Origin: an uncultured Acidobacteriota bacterium
GTDB taxonomy: Bacteria; Acidobacteriota; JAQAZP01
Length of the DNA stretch: 64,000 bases
Assembly (NCBI GenBank): GCA_963836075.1
Contig: CAWIIB010000009.1
Span: 352,001 to 416,000 of the forward strand
Direction: 5' to 3'
The position numbers and the translations under genes were made by a program. This document shows positions 1 through 10,111 of the stretch, piece after piece (the first letter of the stretch is position 1; every line of letters begins with the position of its first letter). Below the pieces are notes generated by a model. The model was not told the DNA's origin, made no database searches, and saw only the letters and a list, made by a program, of their open reading frames with translations.

Positions 1-1115
1 ACCGGCCGGTCATGGACCAGCAAGGCGTCGGCGATCCGTCCCAGCTTATCCAGCGCTTCTCCGTTGTCGGTGACGATCGGCTCTTCGGAGATGTTGCCGC
101 TGGTCATCACCAGGCAGGGTGGTGAGTCTTGATCAAAGAGCAGCCGGTGCAGCGGCGTGTAGGGCAGCATCACTCCGAGGTGCTGCTGCCCCGGCATGAC
201 GAGGGGAGAGATGGGCGCCAGGCCGCGGCCAGGGGATTCCCGCAGGCGGAGCAGCAGGATCGGCCGGCGCGGCCCGGCCAGCTCGGCCAGTTCCCCCGGC
301 GAGACCGCGCAATACCCTTCGGCCACCGCGCGGTCGCGGCACATCACGGCCAGGGGCTTGTGCGGCCGGCCCTTGCGCTTGCGCAGCAGGGCCACCGCGC
401 TGCCGTCAGCGGCATCGCAGGCGAGGTGGAAGCCGCCGAGCCCCTTCACCGCAACGATCCTGCCCGCGGTGAGGAGCACCCGGGCCTCGGCCAACCCCCG
501 TTCACGCCCGGCGAGAATCGAGCCGTCAGGAGCGAGCAGCGAGAGCTCCGGCCCGCAGTCCGGGCAGGCATTGGGCTCGGCGTGGAACCGCCGGTCCCCC
601 GGGTCGCGGTATTCCGCCGCGCAGGCCGGGCAGAGGGTGAAGCGGCCCATGGTGGTCCGCTCCCGGTCGTAGGGCACGGACTGCACCACGGTGAACCGCG
701 GGCCGCAGTTGGTGCAGTTGATGAAGGGGTGGCCGAAGCGGCGATCCCCCGGGTCTTCCAGCTCGCCCAGGCAGTCGGGGCAGAGCGAAACATCGGGGCT
801 GATCAGGGCCGCCTGGTCCCCGTCCGGGGCGCTCTCTTGCACCACAAACGATCGGGCGCTCCCCGGAGGGGCCTCTTCGACGAGCACGTCCGAGACCCGG
901 GCCAGCGGCGGCGCCTCTTCGCGCAGGGCCGCCAGCAGCGCCTCCACCTCCTCGGGCCCGCCCTCGGCGTCGATCTCCACGCCCCCGGTGCTGTTGCGCA
1001 CCGACCCGGCCAGCCCCAGCCGCCGGGCCGCCCGGTAGACGAAGGGGCGAAATCCCACCCCCTGAACCAGTCCGGTGACCCGGATCAGAATCCGCTGACT
1101 GGTCTCTTTGGCCAT
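1..1115 (-). CDS. hypF: Hydrogenase maturation carbamoyltransferase HypF (5' part; runs off the window edge)
   Basis: Read manually on the minus strand from ATG at 1115: MAKETSQRILIRVTGLVQGVGFRPFVYR (acylphosphatase-like domain), then zinc-finger motifs CPDC, FINCTNCGPRF, RRFHAEPNACPDCGP, and VKGLGGFHLAC; divergent from the hox operon. Confidence 0.95.
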   Translation of the reverse strand, partial: MAKETSQRILIRVTGLVQGVGFRPFVYRAARRLGLAGSVRNSTGGVEIDAEGGPEEVEALLAALREEAPPLARVSDVLVEEAPPGSARSFVVQESAPDGDQAALISPDVSLCPDCLGELEDPGDRRFGHPFINCTNCGPRFTVVQSVPYDRERTTMGRFTLCPACAAEYRDPGDRRFHAEPNACPDCGPELSLLAPDGSILAGRERGLAEARVLLTAGRIVAVKGLGGFHLACDAADGSAVALLRKRKGRPHKPLAVMCRDRAVAEGYCAVSPGELAELAGPRRPILLLRLRESPGRGLAPISPLVMPGQQHLGVMLPYTPLHRLLFDQDSPPCLVMTSGNISEEPIVTDNGEALDKLGRIADALLVHDRP

Positions 1116-1310
1116 CTCCTCCCTCATCCCGGTCACGACAGAACTGCCGTCGGCAGATTTTATTACGGATTGACAAGGACGGGTAGAACGATCGTCAACA
1201 GAATCCTAATCCGCCCGAAAAGCGGCTGTTCGACCTCACTCCTATTGAACCCCGTAACTATTCGGTGGATAATACCTTGAAGCCAACAACCGAAATTGAA
1301 TCGACTCTTC

Positions 1311-1339
1311 TTGACCATGAAACGGGAAGCCACTATTGC
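1311..1339 (+). promoter_or_regulatory. Putative sigma70 promoter of the hox operon
   Basis: TTGACC-17 nt-TATTGC about 50 nt upstream of the hoxE ATG. Confidence 0.35.
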
Positions 1340-1388
1340 TTGCGGGATTCGTGACAACAATCCCGGAAGTCCATAGTAGGAAGCACCG

Positions 1389-1886
1389 ATGATCATCGAC
1401 TACGCCAAGCCCGCGCCGCCCTCCGACGACAAACGGTGGAAGATGGTCCAGGCCGAGATGCGCAAGTACGGCCACTCGCACGACGCGCTGATCCAGGCGC
1501 TGCACGCCGTGCAGAGCGCCTTCGGCTACCTCGACCCGGGCGCCCTGGGCTTCGTCGCCGCCTCGCTGCGCGTCCCGTTGAGCCGGGTCTACGGCGTGGC
1601 CACCTTCTACCACTACTTCACCATGAAGCCGCGGGGGCGGCACACCTGCGTGATCTGCACCGGCACGGCCTGCTACATCAAGGGCGTGCCCGAGCTGCTG
1701 GCGGCACTGAAAGAGACCTACGACATCGGCCTCGGCGAGACCAGCGAGGACGACAACCTCTCCCTGCTCTCCGCCCGCTGCGTCGGCGCCTGCGGCCTCG
1801 CGCCGGTGGCGGTGATCGACGGCGAGGCGGTGGGCAAGCTGACCCCGGAGCACTTGCTGCTCACGCTGGAGGAGGTGATCGGATGA
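1389..1886 (+). CDS. hoxE: Bidirectional hydrogenase diaphorase subunit HoxE (NuoE-like, 2Fe-2S)
   Basis: VYGVATFYHYF, CTGTAC, CVGACGLAP motifs; first gene of the hox operon. Confidence 0.93.
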   Translation: MIIDYAKPAPPSDDKRWKMVQAEMRKYGHSHDALIQALHAVQSAFGYLDPGALGFVAASLRVPLSRVYGVATFYHYFTMKPRGRHTCVICTGTACYIKGVPELLAALKETYDIGLGETSEDDNLSLLSARCVGACGLAPVAVIDGEAVGKLTPEHLLLTLEEVIG

Positions 1887-3514
1887 TCTTCGACCAACTC
1901 GAAGAGCTGGGGCGGACGGCCGTCGAGGAGGAGCAGGCGGCGGAGCACTGCATCAACGTCTGCGTCGCCGCGGGCTGTGTCTCCTCGGGCAGCGACCAGC
2001 TGCTCGAGCAGCTGAAGGCGGAGGTCGCTTCCCGCGGCCTCGAGGGCAAGGTGCTGGTCAAGGGCGTGGGCTGCATGGGCCCCTGCGCCGGAGGCCCGGT
2101 GGTGCGCGTGGCCTCCGAGGAGATCCTCTACGAGAACGTCCAGCCAGAGGATGCCCGCTCGATCATGGACCAGCTGGGCAAGGGGCCCATCGAGCGGCTG
2201 GCCGTCTCCACCGACCGGCCCTTCTTCAGTCGCCAGGAGCAGATCGTCACGCAAAACTGCGGCGTGATCGACCCCGAGCGCCTCGACGACGCCGTGGCCC
2301 ACGGCGCCTACTCGGCGCTGGCCAAAGTGCTCAGCGAGATGACCTCGCTGGAGGTCATCGACCAGGTGATCCGCAGCGGCCTCAGGGGCCGCGGCGGCGC
2401 CGGCTATCCCACCGGCCTCAAGTGGAGCACGGTGGCCAAGGCCGGCGGCGAGAAGAAGTACATCGTCTGCAACGCCGACGAGGGCGACCCCGGGGCCTTC
2501 ATGGACCGCTCGGTGCTGGAGAGCGACCCGCACCGGGTGCTGGAGGGGATGGCCATCGCCGCGGTGGCCACCGACGCCCAGGAGGGCATCATCTACATTC
2601 GGGCCGAATACCCGCTGGCTATCGACCGGCTGAAGAAGGCGATCCGCCAGGCCGAGCGAGCCGGGGTGCTGGGCAAGAACGTGCTCGGGGCGATGCACGA
2701 GTTCCACGTGCAGATCCGCCTCGGCGCCGGGGCCTTCGTCTGCGGCGAGGAGACGGCGCTGCTGGCCTCCATCGAGGGCAAGCGGGGCAGCCCGCGGCCG
2801 CGGCCGCCCTACCCCGCCGAGTCGGGCCTCTGGGGGAAGTCGACGCTGATCAACAACGTGGAGACCTTCGCCAACATCCCGGCGATCATCACCAACGGCG
2901 CCGACTGGTTCGCCGGCATCGGCACCGAGAAGAGCAAGGGGACCAAGGTCTTCGCCCTGGCCGGCAAGGTGAAGAACACCGGCCTCATCGAGGTGCCCAT
3001 GGGCACACCCCTGCGCGACATCGTCTTCGAGATCGGCGGCGGCATCCCCGACGGCCACAGCTTCAAAGCGGTGCAGACCGGCGGGCCTTCGGGGGGCTGC
3101 ATCTCCGCCGAGAACCTCGACAGCCCGGTGGACTACGAGAGCCTCGCCGAGCTGGGCTCGATCATGGGCTCGGGCGGGATCATCGTCCTCGACGAGACCT
3201 CGAGCATGGTCGACGTGGCGCGCTACTTCATGGACTTCTCCATGGATGAGTCCTGCGGCAAGTGCGTGCCCTGCCGGGTGGGCACGGTGCAGCTCCACGA
3301 TCTGCTGGAGAAGTTTTTGCGCAAGGAGGCCGGCCCGCGCGACCTCAGGCTGCTCGAGGAGCTCTGCGACACGATGCAGACCTGCAGCCTCTGCGGCCTG
3401 GGACAGGCGGCGCCCAACCCGGTGCTCTCCACCCTGCGCTACTTCCGCAACGAGTACGAGGAGCTGATGGCCCAACAGCCGGCGACGACGGCCGGCGGGG
3501 AGGATAAGTCATGA
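1883..3514 (+). CDS. hoxF: HoxF NADH/FMN-binding diaphorase subunit (NuoF-like)
   Basis: SGLRGRGGAGYPTG, CNADEGDPGAFMDR, GAGAFVCGEETAL, ESCGKCVPCRVG; ATG at 1883 overlaps the hoxE stop (ATGA). Confidence 0.95.
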   Translation: MIFDQLEELGRTAVEEEQAAEHCINVCVAAGCVSSGSDQLLEQLKAEVASRGLEGKVLVKGVGCMGPCAGGPVVRVASEEILYENVQPEDARSIMDQLGKGPIERLAVSTDRPFFSRQEQIVTQNCGVIDPERLDDAVAHGAYSALAKVLSEMTSLEVIDQVIRSGLRGRGGAGYPTGLKWSTVAKAGGEKKYIVCNADEGDPGAFMDRSVLESDPHRVLEGMAIAAVATDAQEGIIYIRAEYPLAIDRLKKAIRQAERAGVLGKNVLGAMHEFHVQIRLGAGAFVCGEETALLASIEGKRGSPRPRPPYPAESGLWGKSTLINNVETFANIPAIITNGADWFAGIGTEKSKGTKVFALAGKVKNTGLIEVPMGTPLRDIVFEIGGGIPDGHSFKAVQTGGPSGGCISAENLDSPVDYESLAELGSIMGSGGIIVLDETSSMVDVARYFMDFSMDESCGKCVPCRVGTVQLHDLLEKFLRKEAGPRDLRLLEELCDTMQTCSLCGLGQAAPNPVLSTLRYFRNEYEELMAQQPATTAGGEDKS

Positions 3515-4236
3515 GCCCGCAGACCGTCCGCATCAAGACGCTGACCATCGACGGCCGCCAGGTGGGCGCGGCGCACAACGAGACGATCCTCCAGGTGGCC
3601 CAGGAAAACGGCATCTGGATCCCGACCCTCTGCTACCTCGAGGGCCTGACCCCGGCGGGCGCCTGCCGGCTCTGCCTCGTCGAGGTGGCCGGCCAGCGGC
3701 GGCCGATCCCCGCCTGCACCACCGAGGTCTACGAGGGGATGGAGGTCACCACCCAGTCGGAGAAACTGAAGCACTACCGCAAGGTGATCATGGAGCTGAT
3801 CTTCTCCGAGCGGCACCACGTCTGCGCCGTCTGCGTCTCCAACCACCACTGCGAGCTGCAGGAGCTGGCTCACCGCCTCGGCGTGGACCACATCCGCTTC
3901 CCGCACCTCAACAAGGCCTGGAAGGTTGACGCCTCCCACGACCGCTACGTTCAGGACGACAACCGCTGCGTCCTCTGCGGCCGCTGCGTCCGCGTCTGCG
4001 GCGAGATCGAGGGCGCCCACACCATGGGCTTCGACGGCCGCGGGATCAACACCTGCATCATCACCGACCTGCGCCAGCCCTGGGGCGAATCCCAGACCTG
4101 CACCCGCTGCGGCAAGTGTGTGCACGTCTGTCCCACCGGGGCGCTGATCGAGCAGGGCAGGAGCGTGGCGGAGCAGACCAAGCGCTCGCAGTTCATGCCC
4201 TACCTGACGATGATGCGCGAGGAGGACAAGAAATGA
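3511..4236 (+). CDS. hoxU: HoxU Fe-S diaphorase subunit (NuoG N-terminal-like)
   Basis: IPTLC, GACRLCLVE, HVCAVC, CVLCGRCVRVC, CTRCGKCVHVCPTGAL. Confidence 0.95.
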   Translation: MSPQTVRIKTLTIDGRQVGAAHNETILQVAQENGIWIPTLCYLEGLTPAGACRLCLVEVAGQRRPIPACTTEVYEGMEVTTQSEKLKHYRKVIMELIFSERHHVCAVCVSNHHCELQELAHRLGVDHIRFPHLNKAWKVDASHDRYVQDDNRCVLCGRCVRVCGEIEGAHTMGFDGRGINTCIITDLRQPWGESQTCTRCGKCVHVCPTGALIEQGRSVAEQTKRSQFMPYLTMMREEDKK

Positions 4237-4766
4237 GCAGGCCCCGGCTCGCCACCATCTGGCTCGACGGCTGCTCCGGCTGCCACATGTCGTTCCTCGA
4301 CATCGACGAGCGGCTCCTCGAGCTGGCCGGCCGCGCCGACCTGGTCTACAGCCCGCTGGTCGACGCCAAGGAGTACCCCGAGAACGTGGACATCGTCCTG
4401 GTCGAGGGCTCGGTCTCCACCGACGAGGACGAGGAGAAACTCCGCCTGGTGCGCAGCCGCACCAAAACGCTGATCTCCTTCGGCGACTGCGCGGTGACCG
4501 GCAACGTGCCGGCGATGCGGAACCCTTTCGGCCCCGGGAAGACATTGGAACAGTCGTACCTGGAGAACACGGACCAGAATCCGGCGATCCCCGCCGAAGG
4601 GCTGCCCACGCTGCTCGAACTGGTCAAACCGGTACACGAGGTGGTCGATGTGGATGTCTATTTGCCTGGCTGCCCGCCGCCGGCGGACGCCATCTGGTAT
4701 GTGCTGACGGAGTTGCTGGAGGGCCGCACGCCCGATCCTCTCACGATGACCCGGTTCGGAAAGTGA
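4233..4766 (+). CDS. hoxY: HoxY hydrogenase small subunit
   Basis: WLDGCSGCHMS, GDCAVTGNVP, LPGCPP; ATGA overlap with hoxU. Confidence 0.95.
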   Translation: MSRPRLATIWLDGCSGCHMSFLDIDERLLELAGRADLVYSPLVDAKEYPENVDIVLVEGSVSTDEDEEKLRLVRSRTKTLISFGDCAVTGNVPAMRNPFGPGKTLEQSYLENTDQNPAIPAEGLPTLLELVKPVHEVVDVDVYLPGCPPPADAIWYVLTELLEGRTPDPLTMTRFGK

Positions 4767-4776
4767 GGCTGCGATC

Positions 4777-6201
4777 ATGTCACGAAAGATCACCATCGAC
4801 CCGATCACGCGCATCGAGGGACACGCCCGCATCACCCTCCACCTCGACGACGACGGCATCGTCGAGCAGGCGCTGTTCCACGTAACGCAGTTCCGCGGCT
4901 TCGAAACGTTCGTCCAGGGGCGGCCGTTCTACGAGATGCCCTCGCTGATGGCCCGTACCTGCGGCATCTGCCCGGTGGCCCACCTGATCGCCGGGGCCAA
5001 GGCCTGCGACGACCTGTTCGCAGTGCAGATCCCGAAAGCCGCACGCAATTTGAGGCGGGTGATGAACCTGGCCCAGATCCTCCAGTCGCACGCGCTGAGC
5101 TTCTTCCACCTGTCGAGCCCCGACCTGCTGTTCGGCATGGACGGCGACCCGGCAAAACGGAACATCCTCGGCATTTTCGAGGAGAACCCGCAACTGGCCA
5201 GGGACGGCATTCGACTGCGGCAGATCGGCCAGACGATCATCGAGTCGCTCGGCGGCAAACGGATTCATCCGTCGTGGGTGGTGCCCGGCGGCGTGAACGA
5301 ACCGCTTTCCGAAGAGCACCGCGGCAGCATTCTCGCCTCGATGCCCGAAGCGATGGAAATCGCCGGCCGGACGCTCGACTGGTTCAAGGGGCGGGTGAAG
5401 GACTTCGAAGCCGAGATCCGCACCTTTGGCAATTTCCCCAGCCTCTACATGGGCCTGGTGGACGGCAAGGGGAACCTCGAGCATTACGACGGCACCCTCC
5501 GCATCGTCGATGCCGCCGGCAACATCATCGTCGACCGGCACGACACCCTGCGCTACGAAGAACTGGTGGGCGAGGCCGTGGAGCCCTGGACCTACATGAA
5601 ATTCCCCTACTACAAACCACTGGGCTACCCCAAGGGGATGTACCGCGTGGGGCCGCTGGCCCGGCTCAACGTGGTCAACCGCTGTGGGACAGACCGGGCG
5701 GACAAGGAGCTGGAGATTTTCCGCTCGCTGGAAAAGGGCCCGGTGTCCAGCTCGTTCCACTACCATTGGGCGCGGCTGATCGAGATCCTCTTTTGCATCG
5801 AGCGGACACAGCAGTTGCTCGACGATCCGGAAATCCTCTCCCGTCACGTGCGGGCCGAGGCCAAACCGAACAGCTTCGACGGCATCGGCGTCACCGAGGC
5901 CCCGCGGGGCACACTTTTCCACCACTACAAGATCGACGAGCAGGGGCTGGTCACCTGGGCCAACTTCATCATCGCCACCGGCAACAACAACCTGGCGATG
6001 AACCGCTCGATCCTCCAGGTGGCCAAGAACCATGTGGACGGCAACAACCTCTCCGAGGGCATGCTCAACCGTGTGGAGGCGGTGATCCGCGCCTACGACC
6101 CGTGCCTCAGCTGCTCGACCCATGCCTCGGGTCAAATGGCGCTGAAGATCGAGCTGCTGGACCCGGAAGGGACCGTCGTCGACCGGCTGATTCGCGATTA
6201 G
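4777..6201 (+). CDS. hoxH: HoxH group 3d [NiFe]-hydrogenase large subunit
   Basis: TRIEGH, L1 motif RTCGIC, L2 motif DPCLSCSTH followed by a cleavable C-terminal extension. Confidence 0.95.
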   Translation: MSRKITIDPITRIEGHARITLHLDDDGIVEQALFHVTQFRGFETFVQGRPFYEMPSLMARTCGICPVAHLIAGAKACDDLFAVQIPKAARNLRRVMNLAQILQSHALSFFHLSSPDLLFGMDGDPAKRNILGIFEENPQLARDGIRLRQIGQTIIESLGGKRIHPSWVVPGGVNEPLSEEHRGSILASMPEAMEIAGRTLDWFKGRVKDFEAEIRTFGNFPSLYMGLVDGKGNLEHYDGTLRIVDAAGNIIVDRHDTLRYEELVGEAVEPWTYMKFPYYKPLGYPKGMYRVGPLARLNVVNRCGTDRADKELEIFRSLEKGPVSSSFHYHWARLIEILFCIERTQQLLDDPEILSRHVRAEAKPNSFDGIGVTEAPRGTLFHHYKIDEQGLVTWANFIIATGNNNLAMNRSILQVAKNHVDGNNLSEGMLNRVEAVIRAYDPCLSCSTHASGQMALKIELLDPEGTVVDRLIRD

Positions 6202-6215
6202 GGCGGGCGTGGCCT

Positions 6216-6687
6216 ATGGCACGAATCCTGATCATCGGAATCGGCAATCCCCTGAGGGAGGACGACGCAGTGGGCCGGCTGGCCGCCCGGCAACTCGCCA
6301 GCCGCTATGCCGGCGATGAGCGGGTCACCGCGATCGATTGTCACCAGTTGACCCCTGAACTGGCCGAGTCCGTGGCCGGGTCAGACCTGGTGCTCTTTCT
6401 CGACGCGGCACGAGCCGGTGAACCCGGCCGGCTGTCGAAAACGGAAGTGGCGCCTTCCGTCAGTGCCGGCTGCCGCGATCCCCACGACCTCACACCGCAG
6501 GATCTCCTCGCCGTCGCCCAAGCGCCTTTTCGGTGGCGCGCCCCGGGCCCTGCTGCTCACCGTTACCGGCCGGCTGTTCGGTCTCGGCGAGGGGCTCAGC
6601 CGGGAGGCGGGGCGGGGAGTGGATCGGCTGGTGGAAAGCGCTGCCGGCATTATTTCCGGGTTCGGCCATGGCGAAGCCCCCGGGTGA
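6216..6687 (+). pseudogene. hoxW: Hydrogenase maturation protease HoxW with a +1 frameshift near 6517-6519 (possibly a sequencing error)
   Basis: MARILIIGIGNPLREDDAVG...HQLTPELAE...LFLDAA...HDLTPQDLL in one frame and RLFGGAPRALLLTVTG..FGLGEGLS to TGA 6687 in another; span 472 nt = 3n+1. Confidence 0.8.
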
Positions 6688-6692
6688 CCGGC

Positions 6693-7628
6693 CTACCCCT
6701 CCGACGCCCGTGCCCCCGGCTTCCCCTCCCTGGCGTTGTCGTAAAAACGCTGGGTGGGGTAGGCGAAATCAACGTCGTCACACTCCCCGAAAGCGGCGAG
6801 GATATCCTCCCAGATCGTTCCGGCGGACGATCTGCGTTTGCGTGGTTCGCAGAGGTAGCGCAGGGTCAGGGTCACGCCGATATCGGCCACCGAGGTCCAG
6901 ACGATGGGTGTGAGATATTCAAAGAAGATCAGGTATTTCTTTGCCGCCCGGCGGATCTCCCGCTTCGCGTGCTCGGTCTTCACCGCCGTGTGCCGCTCGC
7001 CGATCTCCTGGATCAGCTGCTTCGCCTTCTGCCAGTCGCTCTCGAAGGTCACGGTCACCGCGATCTCGTTCCAGATGATGTTGAACCCCTGGGTAAAATT
7101 GGAGAGCGACTGCTTGAAAACCCAGCCGTTGGGGATATGGATGATCCGGCCGGTGCTCTGGTCGGCATCGACCCAGTTGCCGATCTCCAGCAGGGTGAAC
7201 TGGAACAGCCTGACGTCGATCACGTCGCCGGCGTGGCCGTTGATGTCCACCCGGTCCCCCACCTCGAACGGCTTGCGCACGACGATGAAAATCCAGCCGG
7301 CAAAATTGGCCAGCAGGTCCTGCAGGGCAATGGCCAGCCCGGCGCTGAAGATGGCGAGATAAGCGGCGAGACCGGTCTGCTGACCCAGCCAGACCCGCCA
7401 GAGGGTGATGAACAGGGCAAAGCCAAGGAGATATTTGACCGTCTTGAGAAAGATGTACTGCCGGGTGATCTCCTGGTGGCCGTGGCGGACCGCGTAGCCG
7501 ATGACCCAGCGCAGCAGCATGTAGGCCAGGATGGCGATGATGGAGAAGACAAACTTCTGCTGCAGCTGGACACTGAGCCCAAGCGCTTCGGAGACGCCAA
7601 GCGACAAGTCATCGAGTGTCTGATGCAT
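6693..7628 (-). CDS. Small-conductance mechanosensitive channel (MscS family)
   Basis: TM helices then GLAIALQDLLANFAGW, KPFEVGDRVDI, IHIPNG, FAYPTQ. Confidence 0.9.
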   Translation of the reverse strand: MHQTLDDLSLGVSEALGLSVQLQQKFVFSIIAILAYMLLRWVIGYAVRHGHQEITRQYIFLKTVKYLLGFALFITLWRVWLGQQTGLAAYLAIFSAGLAIALQDLLANFAGWIFIVVRKPFEVGDRVDINGHAGDVIDVRLFQFTLLEIGNWVDADQSTGRIIHIPNGWVFKQSLSNFTQGFNIIWNEIAVTVTFESDWQKAKQLIQEIGERHTAVKTEHAKREIRRAAKKYLIFFEYLTPIVWTSVADIGVTLTLRYLCEPRKRRSSAGTIWEDILAAFGECDDVDFAYPTQRFYDNAREGKPGARASEG

Positions 7629-7812
7629 TGAACGAGACCTCGGTTCACTATAGACAACTTGATGCCCGAAAGACAAGGACCGCCGTCGACGGCAAACGCT
7701 GGAGACCGAATGCCGGGCGGATCAAATGGCGGCTACCGGCAATGGGAGAGCCGTCTTGTGGGAGGCAGAAAACCAGAGGCAGTGTCACATCGTGATGAGG
7801 AAAGGAATCCGT

Positions 7813-9522
7813 TCACTTGGGGAGTTCGATCTCGAACGATGTGCCTTTGCCCACCCGGCTGGATACGTGGATCGTGCCCCCCAGCGAGGTGACGATCCCG
7901 TGGCTGATGGAAAGCCCCAACCCGGTACCTTTGCCGACTTCCTTGGTCGTGAAGAACGGTTGGAAAATTTTCGGGAGGACGTCCGCTTCAATTCCGCGGC
8001 CGGTATCGGAAATGATGACGCTGACAGTTTCGCTGTTCTCATGCGAGGAGATCGTGATGCGCCCGTCCTTGCCGATGGCGTCCCTTGCGTTTCGAAGAAG
8101 ATTGATGAAAACCTGCTTTATCTTTTCCGCATCCGTCTCGATCGCGGGCAATTGATCATCCGTCTCGATCCTTATCTCGATGTTTTCCAGGGTGAACTCC
8201 TTCTGGATCAGCTCGACGGCGTCCCGCACCACCTCATTGATCCGGTGGGTTTCGATCCGGGTTTCGTGATGCCTTGAGAACCCCAGCAGCTTCTGCGTGA
8301 TGCCCCGGCAGCGGCGGATCTCCTGCTTGATCGACTCCATCCGCTGCTGAAACTCGTCCTGGTTGAATTCCTGGCCGAAGGCAGGGTCGAGGGTGTCCTC
8401 CATCACGCCGATCTCCGAGAACATCACTGCCAGTGGATTGTTGATCTCGTGGGCCACGCCGGCGGCCATCTCGCCCATCGTCGAGAGCTTACCCGCCTTG
8501 ATCAGGTGGTCGATCAGCCTGGCACGGTCCCGTTCGGCCCTCGCGTAGCGCCTGAGCAGCGTCTGTGTCGAGAGCACCGAGATCACGACGATGACCAGCG
8601 CACTCAGGGCAAGGATAACCAGGACCACCCGCGTGGTCGATCGGACCGGCAGGTTGGCCACGGCCAGGTCCTGCATCACGACCAGCGTCCAGTCGGTGGT
8701 CTGCATCCTCGACCAGGCGACCAGGTACGATTCATTTCCCGACTGGGTTTTTCCCACTCCCCGGCTCTCGGACAATGCCGGAAGGGATACCAGGGGCAAA
8801 AAGACATTGTTGCACAACTCCGGCGGCCCGCACTGGCAAACGCCCTCACTGTTCACAATCAGGGCCCTTGCCCCCTCGATGACCTGCACGTCGTTGACCA
8901 GCTGGTTGAAACGGACCGGGTTGATGGTGATGCGCAGGAAGCGGACGTGTGCGGCGGTGGAAATCCGGTGGGCCACGATGAAGTGTGGTTCGTTACGATA
9001 CCCGAGGTAGACATCGCTGACAAACAGATCTTTCTCGGTTGTGGACAGGACGCGAAACCAGTTTTCCTCGCTGTAGTTCCTCCCCTCGAGGGACGGGAAC
9101 GGCCCGGCGTACCGCGAATGCGTGCCGTCCTCGTCGAAGAGCCCGATATCCAGAATCGTCTCGTCCATGCTCTGCAACAACCCGAGCAGGTTGATCATGT
9201 CCTGGTGGGAGGGGTACGCATCCAGGTCGATGATGCTTGAGATGCTCCTCAGTGCATTGGTCTTGTTGGTGAGGATCTGATCGATGGCGGTCTGCCGGCC
9301 CTTGGCGATGGTTTGCAGCAGGAGCTCCGAACGGGCCTCTAGGGTGTTGGTGAACTGGTGGCGCAGGTAGAACGCCAGCAGGAAGAGGGGGACCAGGGAC
9401 ACGATGAGCAGCCGGACCAGGACCCGGTTCCGCAGCCCGTTCAGCGTTTGTGAGTGGGGCGCGAAAATCTCGTCCGGCCTGTCCTTCACCGGATCGGCGG
9501 CGGATCGTTGCTGCCTGTCCAT
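7813..9522 (-). CDS. Membrane sensor histidine kinase with Cache-like extracytoplasmic domain
   Basis: Two TM segments; H-box AAGVAHEINNPL, N-box QVFINLLRNA, G-boxes DTGRGI, PFFTTK, GTGLGL. Confidence 0.92.
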   Translation of the reverse strand: MDRQQRSAADPVKDRPDEIFAPHSQTLNGLRNRVLVRLLIVSLVPLFLLAFYLRHQFTNTLEARSELLLQTIAKGRQTAIDQILTNKTNALRSISSIIDLDAYPSHQDMINLLGLLQSMDETILDIGLFDEDGTHSRYAGPFPSLEGRNYSEENWFRVLSTTEKDLFVSDVYLGYRNEPHFIVAHRISTAAHVRFLRITINPVRFNQLVNDVQVIEGARALIVNSEGVCQCGPPELCNNVFLPLVSLPALSESRGVGKTQSGNESYLVAWSRMQTTDWTLVVMQDLAVANLPVRSTTRVVLVILALSALVIVVISVLSTQTLLRRYARAERDRARLIDHLIKAGKLSTMGEMAAGVAHEINNPLAVMFSEIGVMEDTLDPAFGQEFNQDEFQQRMESIKQEIRRCRGITQKLLGFSRHHETRIETHRINEVVRDAVELIQKEFTLENIEIRIETDDQLPAIETDAEKIKQVFINLLRNARDAIGKDGRITISSHENSETVSVIISDTGRGIEADVLPKIFQPFFTTKEVGKGTGLGLSISHGIVTSLGGTIHVSSRVGKGTSFEIELPK

Positions 9523-9589
9523 ATGGTCACCTGCTGGATGATCTTCCCTGTCCAGGGCCCCTGGCCGAGACCGAGACCGGCGCTCCGGC

Positions 9590-10078
9590 TCAGTCGCTCT
9601 CCTTGTCCAGCTTTCGCAGTTCCTCGAGCAGCGCCAGCGGGCTGTACCTGGTGGCCTTGTCCAGCAGTGCCTGCACCCCCGCTGCTTTTTGTTCCTTGCG
9701 GGCGATGATGCGCTTGGCGTAGGCCTGCGACAGGACGGAGATCAGTTCATCGAGCTCGCACGGCTTTTGCAGGTATTCGTAAGCCCCTTCACGCGTCATT
9801 TTTTTGGCCGAATCGAGAGAGCCGTGGCCGGTCAGGACCACGACCTCCATGCGGGGATGCTGCTGCTTGATTCGCCGCAACAGTTCCTCGCCGTCCATTC
9901 CGGGCATCTTCAGGTCGATGAGCGCCACATCGAATTTCTGGTTCTGAGTCGCCTCCAGGGCATCTTCCCCCCGGGTGAATGGAAAAACCTCGATGTTCCG
10001 GACCTCGAGCCTCCTCGTTGTCGCGTTGAGAAATTTCTTCTCGTCGTCAACGAACAGCAACCGAATCTTTTCACTCAT
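9590..10078 (-). CDS. Response regulator (receiver domain with short tail)
   Basis: LFVDDE, LIDLKMPGMDG, VLTGHG, YLQKP. Confidence 0.9.
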   Translation of the reverse strand: MSEKIRLLFVDDEKKFLNATTRRLEVRNIEVFPFTRGEDALEATQNQKFDVALIDLKMPGMDGEELLRRIKQQHPRMEVVVLTGHGSLDSAKKMTREGAYEYLQKPCELDELISVLSQAYAKRIIARKEQKAAGVQALLDKATRYSPLALLEELRKLDKESD

Positions 10079-10111
10079 CGCACAACTCCTTCCTTTCAGT
10101 TTCCTCACGCT

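Noticed and set aside
1389-4236. Respiratory complex I nuoEFG
   Set aside because: Directly followed by [NiFe]-hydrogenase subunits, the NuoG-like gene is short, and there are no membrane nuo genes
5274-7631. 785-aa ORF and other long overlapping ORFs in the track (e.g. 129-1280, 10202-12265, 17294-19891, 58619-60571 full length)
   Set aside because: Shadow or antisense frames of real genes in high-GC DNA; only the hoxW and TauE parts are genuine
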